From a phage, in NCBI GenBank assembly GCA_012401045.1, contig GCA_012401045.1_4704.2: 64,000 bases of DNA. The stretch is one strand, 5' to 3'. The translations under genes and the position numbers were made by a program. Within the stretch, counting starts at the first letter, position 1, and every line of letters begins with the position of its first letter. The notes below the pieces were generated by a model. That model did no database searches. It worked only from the letters and a program-made list of their open reading frames with translations, and was not told the DNA's origin. Positions 15,763 to 24,125 of this stretch are shown one piece after another.

Positions 15763-16656
15763 TTATTCGGAAACGTTATAACCGAATACTGCTTTACCGT
15801 AGGTGTGGGTACCGTCGGTTAACGACACCACTAACACATTGCTGTACGTAGCGTTAACACCCTTGTCGGTAGACCCGGTGGTAACACCGTTATAGACAAA
15901 GGTAGCTGTTTGCAGATTGGTTTTCAGTTCATTGATGATATCATCACTCACACCGGTCTGCTCTTTGATCAGGGTAGTCAGGTTACCTGCCAGGCTTGCA
16001 TCGATCTTGGTTTCGTTACTGGTAATAGCTTGTAAACCTGCAGTGTAGGTGCTGAAGTCTAACGGATAGGTTAACAGACGTGCTGACGTTTTGGTACCAT
16101 CGCCTTCATCAACATAGGTTAAGTTACCCAGGTTGGTAACCTTGATGATGTTAGCCAGATCCAGCGTGGTGTTATAAACTTTAACTTGAACAGAGCCATA
16201 CCACGCCAACGAATCTTCTTTGGCTTCCAGGGTGATCGTCTGGATACCATGATCGTCGAAGGTAACAGGATTAGCTAACGTATCGGCTTTGATGTCTTTC
16301 GCTTTATCCAGGAACTTCTCACCGGAAGGCGTGATCATACCGTAGCGTTGAGCTACAAGGTCAACCACATCACCGATGGTGGTGTTAGCAGTAACGTTAA
16401 CACGTACGGCGATCTTCTGGAACCACTTAGCCAGATCCAGACGATGGTAGGTAACATCGCGTTCATTGAAGTAAGGGGTACCTTCACCAGGGCTAAGCGT
16501 TAAAGTTGCTTCTGGAGCAGAAGCGCTTTTGGATTTAAGAACGTATTTAAGATCACTGTATTGGAAGCTGGCACCAGTGTCGGCGTTGAGCTGGTTGATC
16601 TCATCAACGATAAGTTGCCAAGGTGTTTTTAAAGTAAGTGAAACTTGAGTTGCCAT
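15763..16656 (-). CDS. paralogous virion-type protein family member (297 aa)
   Basis: ATG with GAGGT SD; shares about 90-aa domain (Y-x-R-L-D-L ... YG[ML] ... LAW[YT]GSVQV) with ORFs at 16798, 27716, 29538 and 30400; codon usage biased. Confidence 0.55.
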   Translation of the reverse strand: MATQVSLTLKTPWQLIVDEINQLNADTGASFQYSDLKYVLKSKSASAPEATLTLSPGEGTPYFNERDVTYHRLDLAKWFQKIAVRVNVTANTTIGDVVDLVAQRYGMITPSGEKFLDKAKDIKADTLANPVTFDDHGIQTITLEAKEDSLAWYGSVQVKVYNTTLDLANIIKVTNLGNLTYVDEGDGTKTSARLLTYPLDFSTYTAGLQAITSNETKIDASLAGNLTTLIKEQTGVSDDIINELKTNLQTATFVYNGVTTGSTDKGVNATYSNVLVVSLTDGTHTYGKAVFGYNVSE

Positions 16657-16797
16657 TTTCTACCTCTATGGTTGTTACATCACTCTCAAAAGATGTAAGT
16701 GTTTACAGAAATAAGTATATTTTATATTAATGTAAATAATATGGAGAACGACTCCGAATCTCCTTTTCGACCATCAAAAATCAGAGGACACACAATC

Positions 16798-17340
16798 ATG
16801 GCCTTAGACTTTAACAAAGCAGCGAAATCCCTTCTGCTTGATCTTATTAACACCAAAGCGACCCGCACATTGGCTGAAGAAGAACTGCAGTTCGGTACTC
16901 CGGGGGCATCTTCCGAACATGAAAAGAACACCGTTATTCAGCTGGACGCTGCAGTTGGTGCAGAAAACCTGCAGGGTAGTCAGCAGTTCTACTACGATCG
17001 TCTGGCTCTGTCCGAAGTTTTCGCTGATGTAACCGGCGATGTTACTTTCGAACTGCCGCATGGCACTGACAGCATCCAGGCTTCTGAACTGGTAAGCAAG
17101 CTGGTCACCAAATTCGGCCTGGCTTCCCTGACCGGTGAAATCCAGGAAGAAACCTTCCAGCTGTCTGCAGGTACTGTTGGTCAGGTAACTCTGACTGCGA
17201 TCGAGGGCGGCCTGGTATATACCGGCACCCTGCAGGTTGCACTGACCTACGCAGCTGCACCGAAAGATGACCTGGCAACCGTTCTGGCGAATAACGTAGC
17301 TGAAGGCTTCGAGAAACCGACCGTTAGCGTTGTTGGCTAA
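16798..17340 (+). CDS. short highly expressed paralog of the same family (180 aa), candidate abundant virion protein
   Basis: ATG 16798 with GAGGA SD (track start 16699 lacks RBS); strongly optimised codon usage; two hairpins downstream. Confidence 0.55.
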   Translation: MALDFNKAAKSLLLDLINTKATRTLAEEELQFGTPGASSEHEKNTVIQLDAAVGAENLQGSQQFYYDRLALSEVFADVTGDVTFELPHGTDSIQASELVSKLVTKFGLASLTGEIQEETFQLSAGTVGQVTLTAIEGGLVYTGTLQVALTYAAAPKDDLATVLANNVAEGFEKPTVSVVG

Positions 17341-17539
17341 TAAGCACATAGAGCAATAGTATGGGTTTTGTACAGCTCGGCTATTGCTCTTCTACAATTT
17401 GGTTGTAACAATCTGCGTGGTTGCACGCTTATCTTTCTCATTGAGCGCTTCGTATGAAGCGTGGTGTTGAAAGGGTTGTGGATCTCCTCAAGCGGCCAGG
17501 GACCCAGACCAACCTGAATAAACACGAACACCTGTTAAG

Positions 17540-17571
17540 CCCCTCCTCATCCGTTATTGGGTGAGGAGGGG
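17540..17571 (+). terminator. GC-rich hairpin terminator (CCCCTCCTCA...TGAGGAGGGG) followed by TCTTATACGTCTTTATG
   Basis: 10-bp stem, 11-nt loop, T-rich tail, downstream of the 16798-17340 gene. Confidence 0.5.
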
Positions 17572-17634
17572 TCTTATACGTCTTTATGCGTTCCGTTCGT
17601 TCTGGAGCGTTTTAGAACGGTTTACGACAGGGTT

Positions 17635-18270
17635 TTATTCAACACTGAAACCGTTCAAACAGATAGCTTCGTAACGCTTACGTTCACGACGTTTACGCGC
17701 CTGCCAACCGTAAATGAACTTCTCGTCTTTCTCACGACGTTCCGCTAATTCGATGTAATAGGTGCTCTGCATGTCCAGCATTGCATCGATGAGATAATCC
17801 TTACCGGTTGCGCCACGCTTAGCGATATAGGCATCAAGAGCCGCCAGTGATTTGGGGCCCATTGCGCCATCAGCATCAATATCTTTCCAGTAAGTTTGGC
17901 GGTTGTTCATGACGTTCAGATAACGCTGGAGGTTCTTAACTGCGACTGATTTGCCTGCGTTGATACCCAGGTCAAAGAGACGGTCAGCTAAAAACACAGA
18001 ACGTTTCATGACTTCATCAAGCTTCATCTTATCCCAGAAGTGGGCCTTGTAGATAAAGAACGCCATTTCCGTGGTAAGGTTACGCATGTTACCGTTCCAG
18101 CCGAATTTCGTTTTCAGCGTGGTTTTGTATTGATCAGCAAGTGCTTGCGTAATGCCGTGGTTTGTACATTTTCCGCTGTCGTCTGGGTCATCAACATACC
18201 CGCCTTCAACATCGGTTTTGTCGCGAATGATGAATTCGCAGGTAAAATCTTTTTCAGTAATCTTAGCCAT
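17635..18270 (-). CDS. endolysin, GH108-type lysozyme with C-terminal peptidoglycan-binding domain
   Basis: EGGYVDDPDDSGKCTNHGIT motif, YKAHFWD and DGAMGPKSLAAL segments collinear with GH108/PG_binding_3 proteins; ATG with GAGGAG SD. Confidence 0.8.
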   Translation of the reverse strand: MAKITEKDFTCEFIIRDKTDVEGGYVDDPDDSGKCTNHGITQALADQYKTTLKTKFGWNGNMRNLTTEMAFFIYKAHFWDKMKLDEVMKRSVFLADRLFDLGINAGKSVAVKNLQRYLNVMNNRQTYWKDIDADGAMGPKSLAALDAYIAKRGATGKDYLIDAMLDMQSTYYIELAERREKDEKFIYGWQARKRRERKRYEAICLNGFSVE

Positions 18271-18373
18271 TAGAACTCCTCGTTGGAATAACGATTTAGA
18301 GGAACAGGAAGGGTCTAGAACGCGATAAACGATTTAATCCAGGCAAACCCCAGGTTAAACTTTTCTAAGCGTT

Positions 18374-18387
18374 AGAACGCGTTCTAG
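18374..18387. promoter_or_regulatory. 14-bp palindrome TAGAACGCGTTCTA (related CGCGTTCTAGA repeat at about 18315 and TTAGAACGG at about 17605)
   Basis: Repeated GTTCTA-containing palindromic elements flank the endolysin gene. Confidence 0.3.
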
Positions 18388-18396
18388 AGCGCAATA

Positions 18397-20445
18397 TCAA
18401 ATACCTTTGGTTCCTTTCACGTGATGTGCAATTTCTTCAATCATTGCACGCAGGGCACGAAGCTGTTGGTCGTGTTCGTACCAACCGCCTAATAGAACCC
18501 CGCTATACACCATGGTGTCAAGACTTAACAGCCCTTTATCTGATACGTTGATCATTTCCGGGAACTGTTCTTGAACACGCTGTGCGATAACACCGATCTT
18601 CTCGACATCAGGATCGTAGTTGTGACGGAAACGGGCAAGCCCGCTGCGCGCCATTTCACGTAAACGTTCACTGAGAGATTCCGGATGATCTTTCAGATAA
18701 CGGATGTCGTGTTTACTGCGTTCATCCGAGCGGATGTATGCGTTAGGAACATCGATATTGCTGTTGAAGTACAGCGCACTACCACCGCCTGCAGAGTTCC
18801 CCCAATAGAAGCGTGTGATCTCACCGCCACCATTTTCCGTGATGATGACATGTTTACCTAAACGCGTACCACCGTTACCATCAACGAAGACCAGTTTGTT
18901 TCCGCTGTAAGAACCCCAGAACAAGCGTGTATCGATGATGTGTGTTGCAGCGAGACGGGCGTTACGTGGTGTAGAATACACGGTGTTCACATCTTGCTGT
19001 GCATGCGCATCGGAAGCGATACCGTAGTTCTGTACGTTACCCAATCCTACCTGCGCTTTTGTAACAGCATGAGGGTTATCCCGGCGGTTAGCGTGAGCGT
19101 TAACCAGATCACCCGCTAATTTCTGGATTGCCCAGTTGGTAGACTGTGGCGTCATGTAACGGTTAGTTGCAGAACCACCTTGCGCTTCAGCTTGGTTAGC
19201 GGTTGGATAGTTCTCAACGCTCCCTAACCCTACTTGTGCTTTAGACACTTGGTGTGGGTTATTCTTGTCAGCGATGTGTGCATTCAGCGGAACTAACGCG
19301 AAGGTCTCAATGGACGCTTTGGTTGTGTTCGGTGCCATTAATCGGTTAGCTGCAACACCGGCACGCGCTTCTTCTTCAGACGCCATTGGGTAGTCTTGCA
19401 CATTCCCTAACCCAACCTGTGCTTTGGTCACCCTGTGTGGGTTGTTATAATCGGCTTTATGCGCATTAAGCGGAATCAATGCGAATTGTTCGATCGCGGC
19501 AACGGTACGTAGCGGCGTCATGAAACGGTTGTTCGCTGTTCCGGCTTTCGCCTCATCATCCGAAGCGGTCGGGAAGTTATCAACGTTCCCAAGGTTAACC
19601 TGTGCTTTGGTGACGCTGTGTGGGTTATCCCGGCGGTTAGCATGCGCGTCGACTAGATCGCCCGCCAGTTTAGCAATCGCCCAGCCAACCGTTTGTGCGG
19701 TCATGTAACGGTCAGGTGCAGTACCGGCTTCTGCCTCCGCCTTGTTTGCGGTAGGATAGTTCTGTACGTTACCTAGTCCGACTTGGGCTTTTGTTACTTC
19801 GTGCGGGTTATCGGTACGGTTAGCATGCGCGTAATGCAGATCGGTCAGATCTTTATCCGCCGCTTGCATGTCTTTGCGTAGCTGATCGATTGCCGCCCAG
19901 AGACGGTTATCGGACGCAGCATCACCGATAAGTATTGCGGCTTTTAACGAATAGATCGCTAAGCAAAGATGTTCGGTACCGTAAATAGCACTAACGTGGT
20001 GGATGTGTGGTTCAGGCGGATAGAGTTCCGGTTTGTTCTTGATGTCGTCCCAGTTGATCGGACGATCGTCAAGTTTGAGTTCTTCGATAGCCTGATATAA
20101 CGCGTCAATAAGACTTACGTAAACACCACCGATGATACGATAGTCGTTAATTAACGTCCCCTCGATATCATCGTTGATGATGGCGATCGCCGCACAGATT
20201 TCTTTACCTGCGTAAAGCGTCGCATCCTGATACAAGAAGATGGGTTTATAATCCACGCCTCGTACCAGTGTCTTACCGGTAAGCTTTTCAGTGATGACCA
20301 GACTTTCGGTAAAGAACGGTCCGCCATCAAGGGCGTAACATTTATTCTCGGTTCGTGGAACGGTATGCTCTTCACCAACGATGTGGTTGCTGGCGAGTGT
20401 ACCGGTCCAGTCCTCGGGGTACTTCAGGGTAATTGGTGTCGACAT
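18397..20445 (-). CDS. tail fibre protein with C-terminal intramolecular chaperone (S74-type autoproteolytic) domain
   Basis: Five to six repeats of NPHxVTKAQVGLGNVxNY (phage tail fibre repeat type); C-terminal SDERSKHD motif with downstream chaperone-like region. Confidence 0.75.
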   Translation of the reverse strand: MSTPITLKYPEDWTGTLASNHIVGEEHTVPRTENKCYALDGGPFFTESLVITEKLTGKTLVRGVDYKPIFLYQDATLYAGKEICAAIAIINDDIEGTLINDYRIIGGVYVSLIDALYQAIEELKLDDRPINWDDIKNKPELYPPEPHIHHVSAIYGTEHLCLAIYSLKAAILIGDAASDNRLWAAIDQLRKDMQAADKDLTDLHYAHANRTDNPHEVTKAQVGLGNVQNYPTANKAEAEAGTAPDRYMTAQTVGWAIAKLAGDLVDAHANRRDNPHSVTKAQVNLGNVDNFPTASDDEAKAGTANNRFMTPLRTVAAIEQFALIPLNAHKADYNNPHRVTKAQVGLGNVQDYPMASEEEARAGVAANRLMAPNTTKASIETFALVPLNAHIADKNNPHQVSKAQVGLGSVENYPTANQAEAQGGSATNRYMTPQSTNWAIQKLAGDLVNAHANRRDNPHAVTKAQVGLGNVQNYGIASDAHAQQDVNTVYSTPRNARLAATHIIDTRLFWGSYSGNKLVFVDGNGGTRLGKHVIITENGGGEITRFYWGNSAGGGSALYFNSNIDVPNAYIRSDERSKHDIRYLKDHPESLSERLREMARSGLARFRHNYDPDVEKIGVIAQRVQEQFPEMINVSDKGLLSLDTMVYSGVLLGGWYEHDQQLRALRAMIEEIAHHVKGTKGI

Positions 20446-20458
20446 AACCTGGAGGTCC

Positions 20459-23056
20459 TTATAACGTGACTGTACCTAATTTGGTTGTCTTATTGAGATT
20501 AATGACAGAGATCTGGGTATCGCTGGTCGTAATCGTTCCGATATTAACGCGCTGTCCTTTATCATCTTCTTGCTTGTAGATGGTTAACTCCAGTTCTAAC
20601 TGGTCGCCATTAGGAACAACGGAAACGTACCATGTTTTATTACCTGGTGAACTATTATAGTCTTTTAGGTTATAATGGCCTTTAGGTAAGGTCATGGCCT
20701 TACCGGCAAACAAACATGAAATGTCCTCGTTGATATAAACGTCGAAACCGGAAGAAGCGATGACTGTTGAGGCCATTATTCGAGACGCGACGATACCACG
20801 ATTATAGTCGTCGATTGTGGTACCTATGACATTGAATACTTGCCCCCCGTTACCCATAATGGTCGATTCGCTAGTGTTTACGTAGCCGATACCCCAAGTC
20901 GGATGAATGTTCCAGCGGTACCCACTGTTTTGTAAATACGTATACAAGTCTTCATAGGCCGCATTCACCCAACTACCATCACTTTTTCGTCCAGCCCTAA
21001 ATTGGAATGTGTTGCTATTTCCAGATGTTCCTCGGCCAAGAGGGACATGTCCCGCCACCAACCAACCATCTGTACTTTGCATATACGCGAACGAACCGTA
21101 CGCTCTGTTATCGGCCCAAATATTCACGGTATCAACACGTTCAACGTAGGCGATCACCTTTTGTACGCCGGTTATAGCGATTGAACCCTTGCGTGCCGAC
21201 ACATTAACTTCAGCAATTACGACACCCATTTTCCGCTGGCTGCTGTTAAATCCCAATACGACCATTAAACACGGTGCGTTTGTTGTTTCTGGAGGAATCG
21301 TTATCGATTGTTTCCAGTCGGTGATTCCGCTGAGTTTCGTTCCAGTATATGCGTTCCAGACGGTTTGTCCAGCCGATTTCAGATTCTGTTCAGAAATAGA
21401 AATGGCCTCGCCCTCAGGGATTAACGTGTCGTAATTGAGACCAATGTTGCTGGATAGACGAAGGTCGTTTAAGTAAGATCCGCTGAGTGTGACGTTACCG
21501 TTACGATAAATTGTCAAGAATGGCGCAGCCAGGGAGTTTAATACCGTAAAGTTACTCGATGGCATGAAACCATAGACATCGATGCCATTACCGTGGTAAT
21601 GGTAGTTTGTCCAACTACCTTGATAACTTACGGTACGTGCATCGTAGTGGCCTTGTCCAAGACCGCTGCTGGATAACGTGTATATCTTGGTTGCTGATAG
21701 AAATGCGAGATATCCATGCGCTGCCAGAGCTCCAACTACCCTGTCTTTTATCTTTAACCAAGCTGAAGTATACAACGTACTGTCGGGATTCATTTTGGCT
21801 ATTTCATCGTAAGCTGTGCCTGCGAAGTTTCCGATAGTGTACGTACGTATATCCGGCTGTCCGTTATTGTCGTTCTGTACAGCAATTACTTGCCCAGAAT
21901 CATTGATATCGATATTACCGATACAGTTGTGAGCCCCCCACACCCAATATCCATCTTTATAATTGGATTCTCCTTGTGTAAATGTCGACGGTCCTCGCCA
22001 CGCGATGCCGTTCGATTCGGCGTAGTAGGTAGCTTGTCCCGATCCTGGATTCATGGCGTATCTGTTATTGGTCGGGTCAAAATCGATGTAAAAATGATGC
22101 ATTCCTTGACGTTGACGGTTGTCCCGATCATTTGTCCACCACGACGAACCGACCAGAATTCGCGCCTTACCATTTTTTACAGTGGACCATAAACGTATTG
22201 CGGCGCGCCAGACGATTTGACCGATCCCGTTGGACGGGAAACTATTCGTACTGATGCTGTTGCAGACAACGAGCTCGCTGCTGTTGTTTATTTGAGTCCC
22301 TTCAATTGTAACGCCGTTTATGTTAGTAATCAGTGTTGCCGATACACTACCCCCTGTAGGGGCGATAGAGGAACGTTGAACGGTGTAAATTTTTAGTGAT
22401 AATTTATAGCCGCTCCGAATAGCTATACCAATGTAAATAGTTCCGTTAATTTCCCAACAACAAACATCGGGCATTGTTTCTTTGAAATCGGATAAAGCAC
22501 CGTCGATATACATCGCAACGTGTTTACTGGCGTCGAATGTGCCGTCCGTTAACGCGATGAACATTTTGGCATTATTACCGTTGATATCAGCCGCTAATCC
22601 GAGTAGTATGTTGTTCTGATGACAGTAGATGGCTTTAGGTGCTAGATCCAACATAGCTGGTTGGTACTGTCGGCTTGTTGGTATTACGCTAGTAACTGCA
22701 CCATTCTGATCCGTTTTACAAATAACGTAATATACACCGTGTATGATGCTGTTTGTCGCTGACCTCAGTAGGACGATCGTCCCGTCAGATTCACGACATA
22801 TACCGTAATGGCGATAGTCGGTGATTAAACCGATAGCGCCATCGGCCGAACCTTCGATTGCCAGAGGAAAATAACTTTGGTCCCCAACCTGTTCGATATC
22901 GGTTGCGCCAATATCGATGTATTTTTCCATCTCAGTGTTGAACTCAGCGGTACTGTAGGCACCGAGATCGCTCGCCTTTAGTCCCGTTGGGTTGTCACGA
23001 CTGGCGATACGCGTAGTAACGCTACTCACCAGTTCGCTGAACTTTTTCATTGTCAT
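20459..23056 (-). CDS. tail fibre or baseplate-associated protein (865 aa)
   Basis: Embedded in fibre module; N-terminus shares a SEL...DNP...A(A/S) motif with the two downstream small proteins. Confidence 0.5.
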   Translation of the reverse strand: MTMKKFSELVSSVTTRIASRDNPTGLKASDLGAYSTAEFNTEMEKYIDIGATDIEQVGDQSYFPLAIEGSADGAIGLITDYRHYGICRESDGTIVLLRSATNSIIHGVYYVICKTDQNGAVTSVIPTSRQYQPAMLDLAPKAIYCHQNNILLGLAADINGNNAKMFIALTDGTFDASKHVAMYIDGALSDFKETMPDVCCWEINGTIYIGIAIRSGYKLSLKIYTVQRSSIAPTGGSVSATLITNINGVTIEGTQINNSSELVVCNSISTNSFPSNGIGQIVWRAAIRLWSTVKNGKARILVGSSWWTNDRDNRQRQGMHHFYIDFDPTNNRYAMNPGSGQATYYAESNGIAWRGPSTFTQGESNYKDGYWVWGAHNCIGNIDINDSGQVIAVQNDNNGQPDIRTYTIGNFAGTAYDEIAKMNPDSTLYTSAWLKIKDRVVGALAAHGYLAFLSATKIYTLSSSGLGQGHYDARTVSYQGSWTNYHYHGNGIDVYGFMPSSNFTVLNSLAAPFLTIYRNGNVTLSGSYLNDLRLSSNIGLNYDTLIPEGEAISISEQNLKSAGQTVWNAYTGTKLSGITDWKQSITIPPETTNAPCLMVVLGFNSSQRKMGVVIAEVNVSARKGSIAITGVQKVIAYVERVDTVNIWADNRAYGSFAYMQSTDGWLVAGHVPLGRGTSGNSNTFQFRAGRKSDGSWVNAAYEDLYTYLQNSGYRWNIHPTWGIGYVNTSESTIMGNGGQVFNVIGTTIDDYNRGIVASRIMASTVIASSGFDVYINEDISCLFAGKAMTLPKGHYNLKDYNSSPGNKTWYVSVVPNGDQLELELTIYKQEDDKGQRVNIGTITTSDTQISVINLNKTTKLGTVTL

Positions 23057-23068
23057 TATTCACCTCGA

Positions 23069-23554
23069 TTAAATAGGCGAGTCGGGTAGCTGACCATCAT
23101 CGATCTCGATGGTGGCCACCTTACGTGTTGCAGCAAGATGTGATGTACCCTGGATTTTGTTCCAGGTGCCGATACGCATGGCGTTTTTGTAGCTGCTATC
23201 GCTATCGTTCAGCGTGTAAACAAAACCGCTATCGGTTACGGCAAGATAGATCCAGCCTACAGACTCACTGATGCCTGACACGTCCAAAGTTGCTGCTGGC
23301 ACCGTCCCTACCACCGTGTTGTATTCCGCTGTACCTTGACCAATGCTGATCCGTCCGTTGCTGTAAGTGGCTGCCGGAAGCGTTTTATTTCGACTGAAGA
23401 AAAGAAACGGAAGGTAACGCTGAGTAACAAGCGGTGCAAGTTTAGGAGCCACTTCGGTCTTAACGTAGACGTTTGTTTGTGCTGGCGTTACCTCGTGAGG
23501 GTTCTTTTGGGTGAGATACGCTCCCCATTCAGAAAGCAATGTTGATAGCTTCAT
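23069..23554 (-). CDS. tail fibre module small protein (161 aa)
   Basis: N-terminal LSEWGAYLTQKNPHEVTPAQ resembles fibre N-termini and fibre repeat. Confidence 0.4.
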   Translation of the reverse strand: MKLSTLLSEWGAYLTQKNPHEVTPAQTNVYVKTEVAPKLAPLVTQRYLPFLFFSRNKTLPAATYSNGRISIGQGTAEYNTVVGTVPAATLDVSGISESVGWIYLAVTDSGFVYTLNDSDSSYKNAMRIGTWNKIQGTSHLAATRKVATIEIDDGQLPDSPI

Positions 23555-23558
23555 GCGG

Positions 23559-24074
23559 TTACCCCATGTAACGTTTTTGGCCGAGGATGAAGACTTTGTT
23601 AAAGACCACCGAAGTGATTCCTGTTGCGTTACAGCTCACCTGCCCGACGCGAATTGCTGTTGATGTATCGACCCCAGCACTACTCTGCCAGATCCAATCG
23701 ATCGATCCGTCTTTCTGACGAATGAAAAGATAACCGGTTTTGTTCGCCCAGTCGGAAGTAAGTTTTTTGATGTCTAGCGTTCCCTTCGCCAGAATATAGT
23801 CGGTACCGGCGATCATGACGGGTATTTCAGGATACGAGATTACCGTACCGCTGGCAGTAACGTTGCTGATGCGTTCGCTACGAATATCGGTACAGTCACC
23901 GAAATACGCTACGGGGAGTATTCCCTTAGGGAGCTTTTTGCCGATTCTCGTATCGATAGTGTTTTTATCGGGTGCGTCGATTTGCGCTGCAGTGACTTGG
24001 TTAGGGTTATCCTTCCTTGCGTACCATGTCGTCATGCGAGCACCCAATTCACTCATTTTTGTGCCCATTTTCAC
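23559..24074 (-). CDS. tail fibre module small protein (171 aa)
   Basis: N-terminal MSELGARMTTWYARKDNPNQVTAAQ resembles neighbour; paralog of 23069-23554. Confidence 0.4.
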   Translation of the reverse strand: MKMGTKMSELGARMTTWYARKDNPNQVTAAQIDAPDKNTIDTRIGKKLPKGILPVAYFGDCTDIRSERISNVTASGTVISYPEIPVMIAGTDYILAKGTLDIKKLTSDWANKTGYLFIRQKDGSIDWIWQSSAGVDTSTAIRVGQVSCNATGITSVVFNKVFILGQKRYMG

Positions 24075-24084
24075 ATCCTATCGA

Positions 24085-24120
24085 AAAATAAAAAGAAGGA
24101 AAGGTGGGTAGAACCCACCC
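24085..24120 (-). terminator. hairpin GGTGGG-TAGAA-CCCACC with T-rich tail on minus strand (intra-operon terminator or attenuator)
   Basis: Located in the 51-nt gap after the 24126-26279 fibre gene. Confidence 0.4.
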
Positions 24121-24125
24121 ATCCG

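Noticed and set aside
16804-17349. 181-aa minus-strand ORF
   Set aside because: Antisense to the codon-optimised plus-strand gene 16798-17340; Cys-rich odd composition; no RBS.
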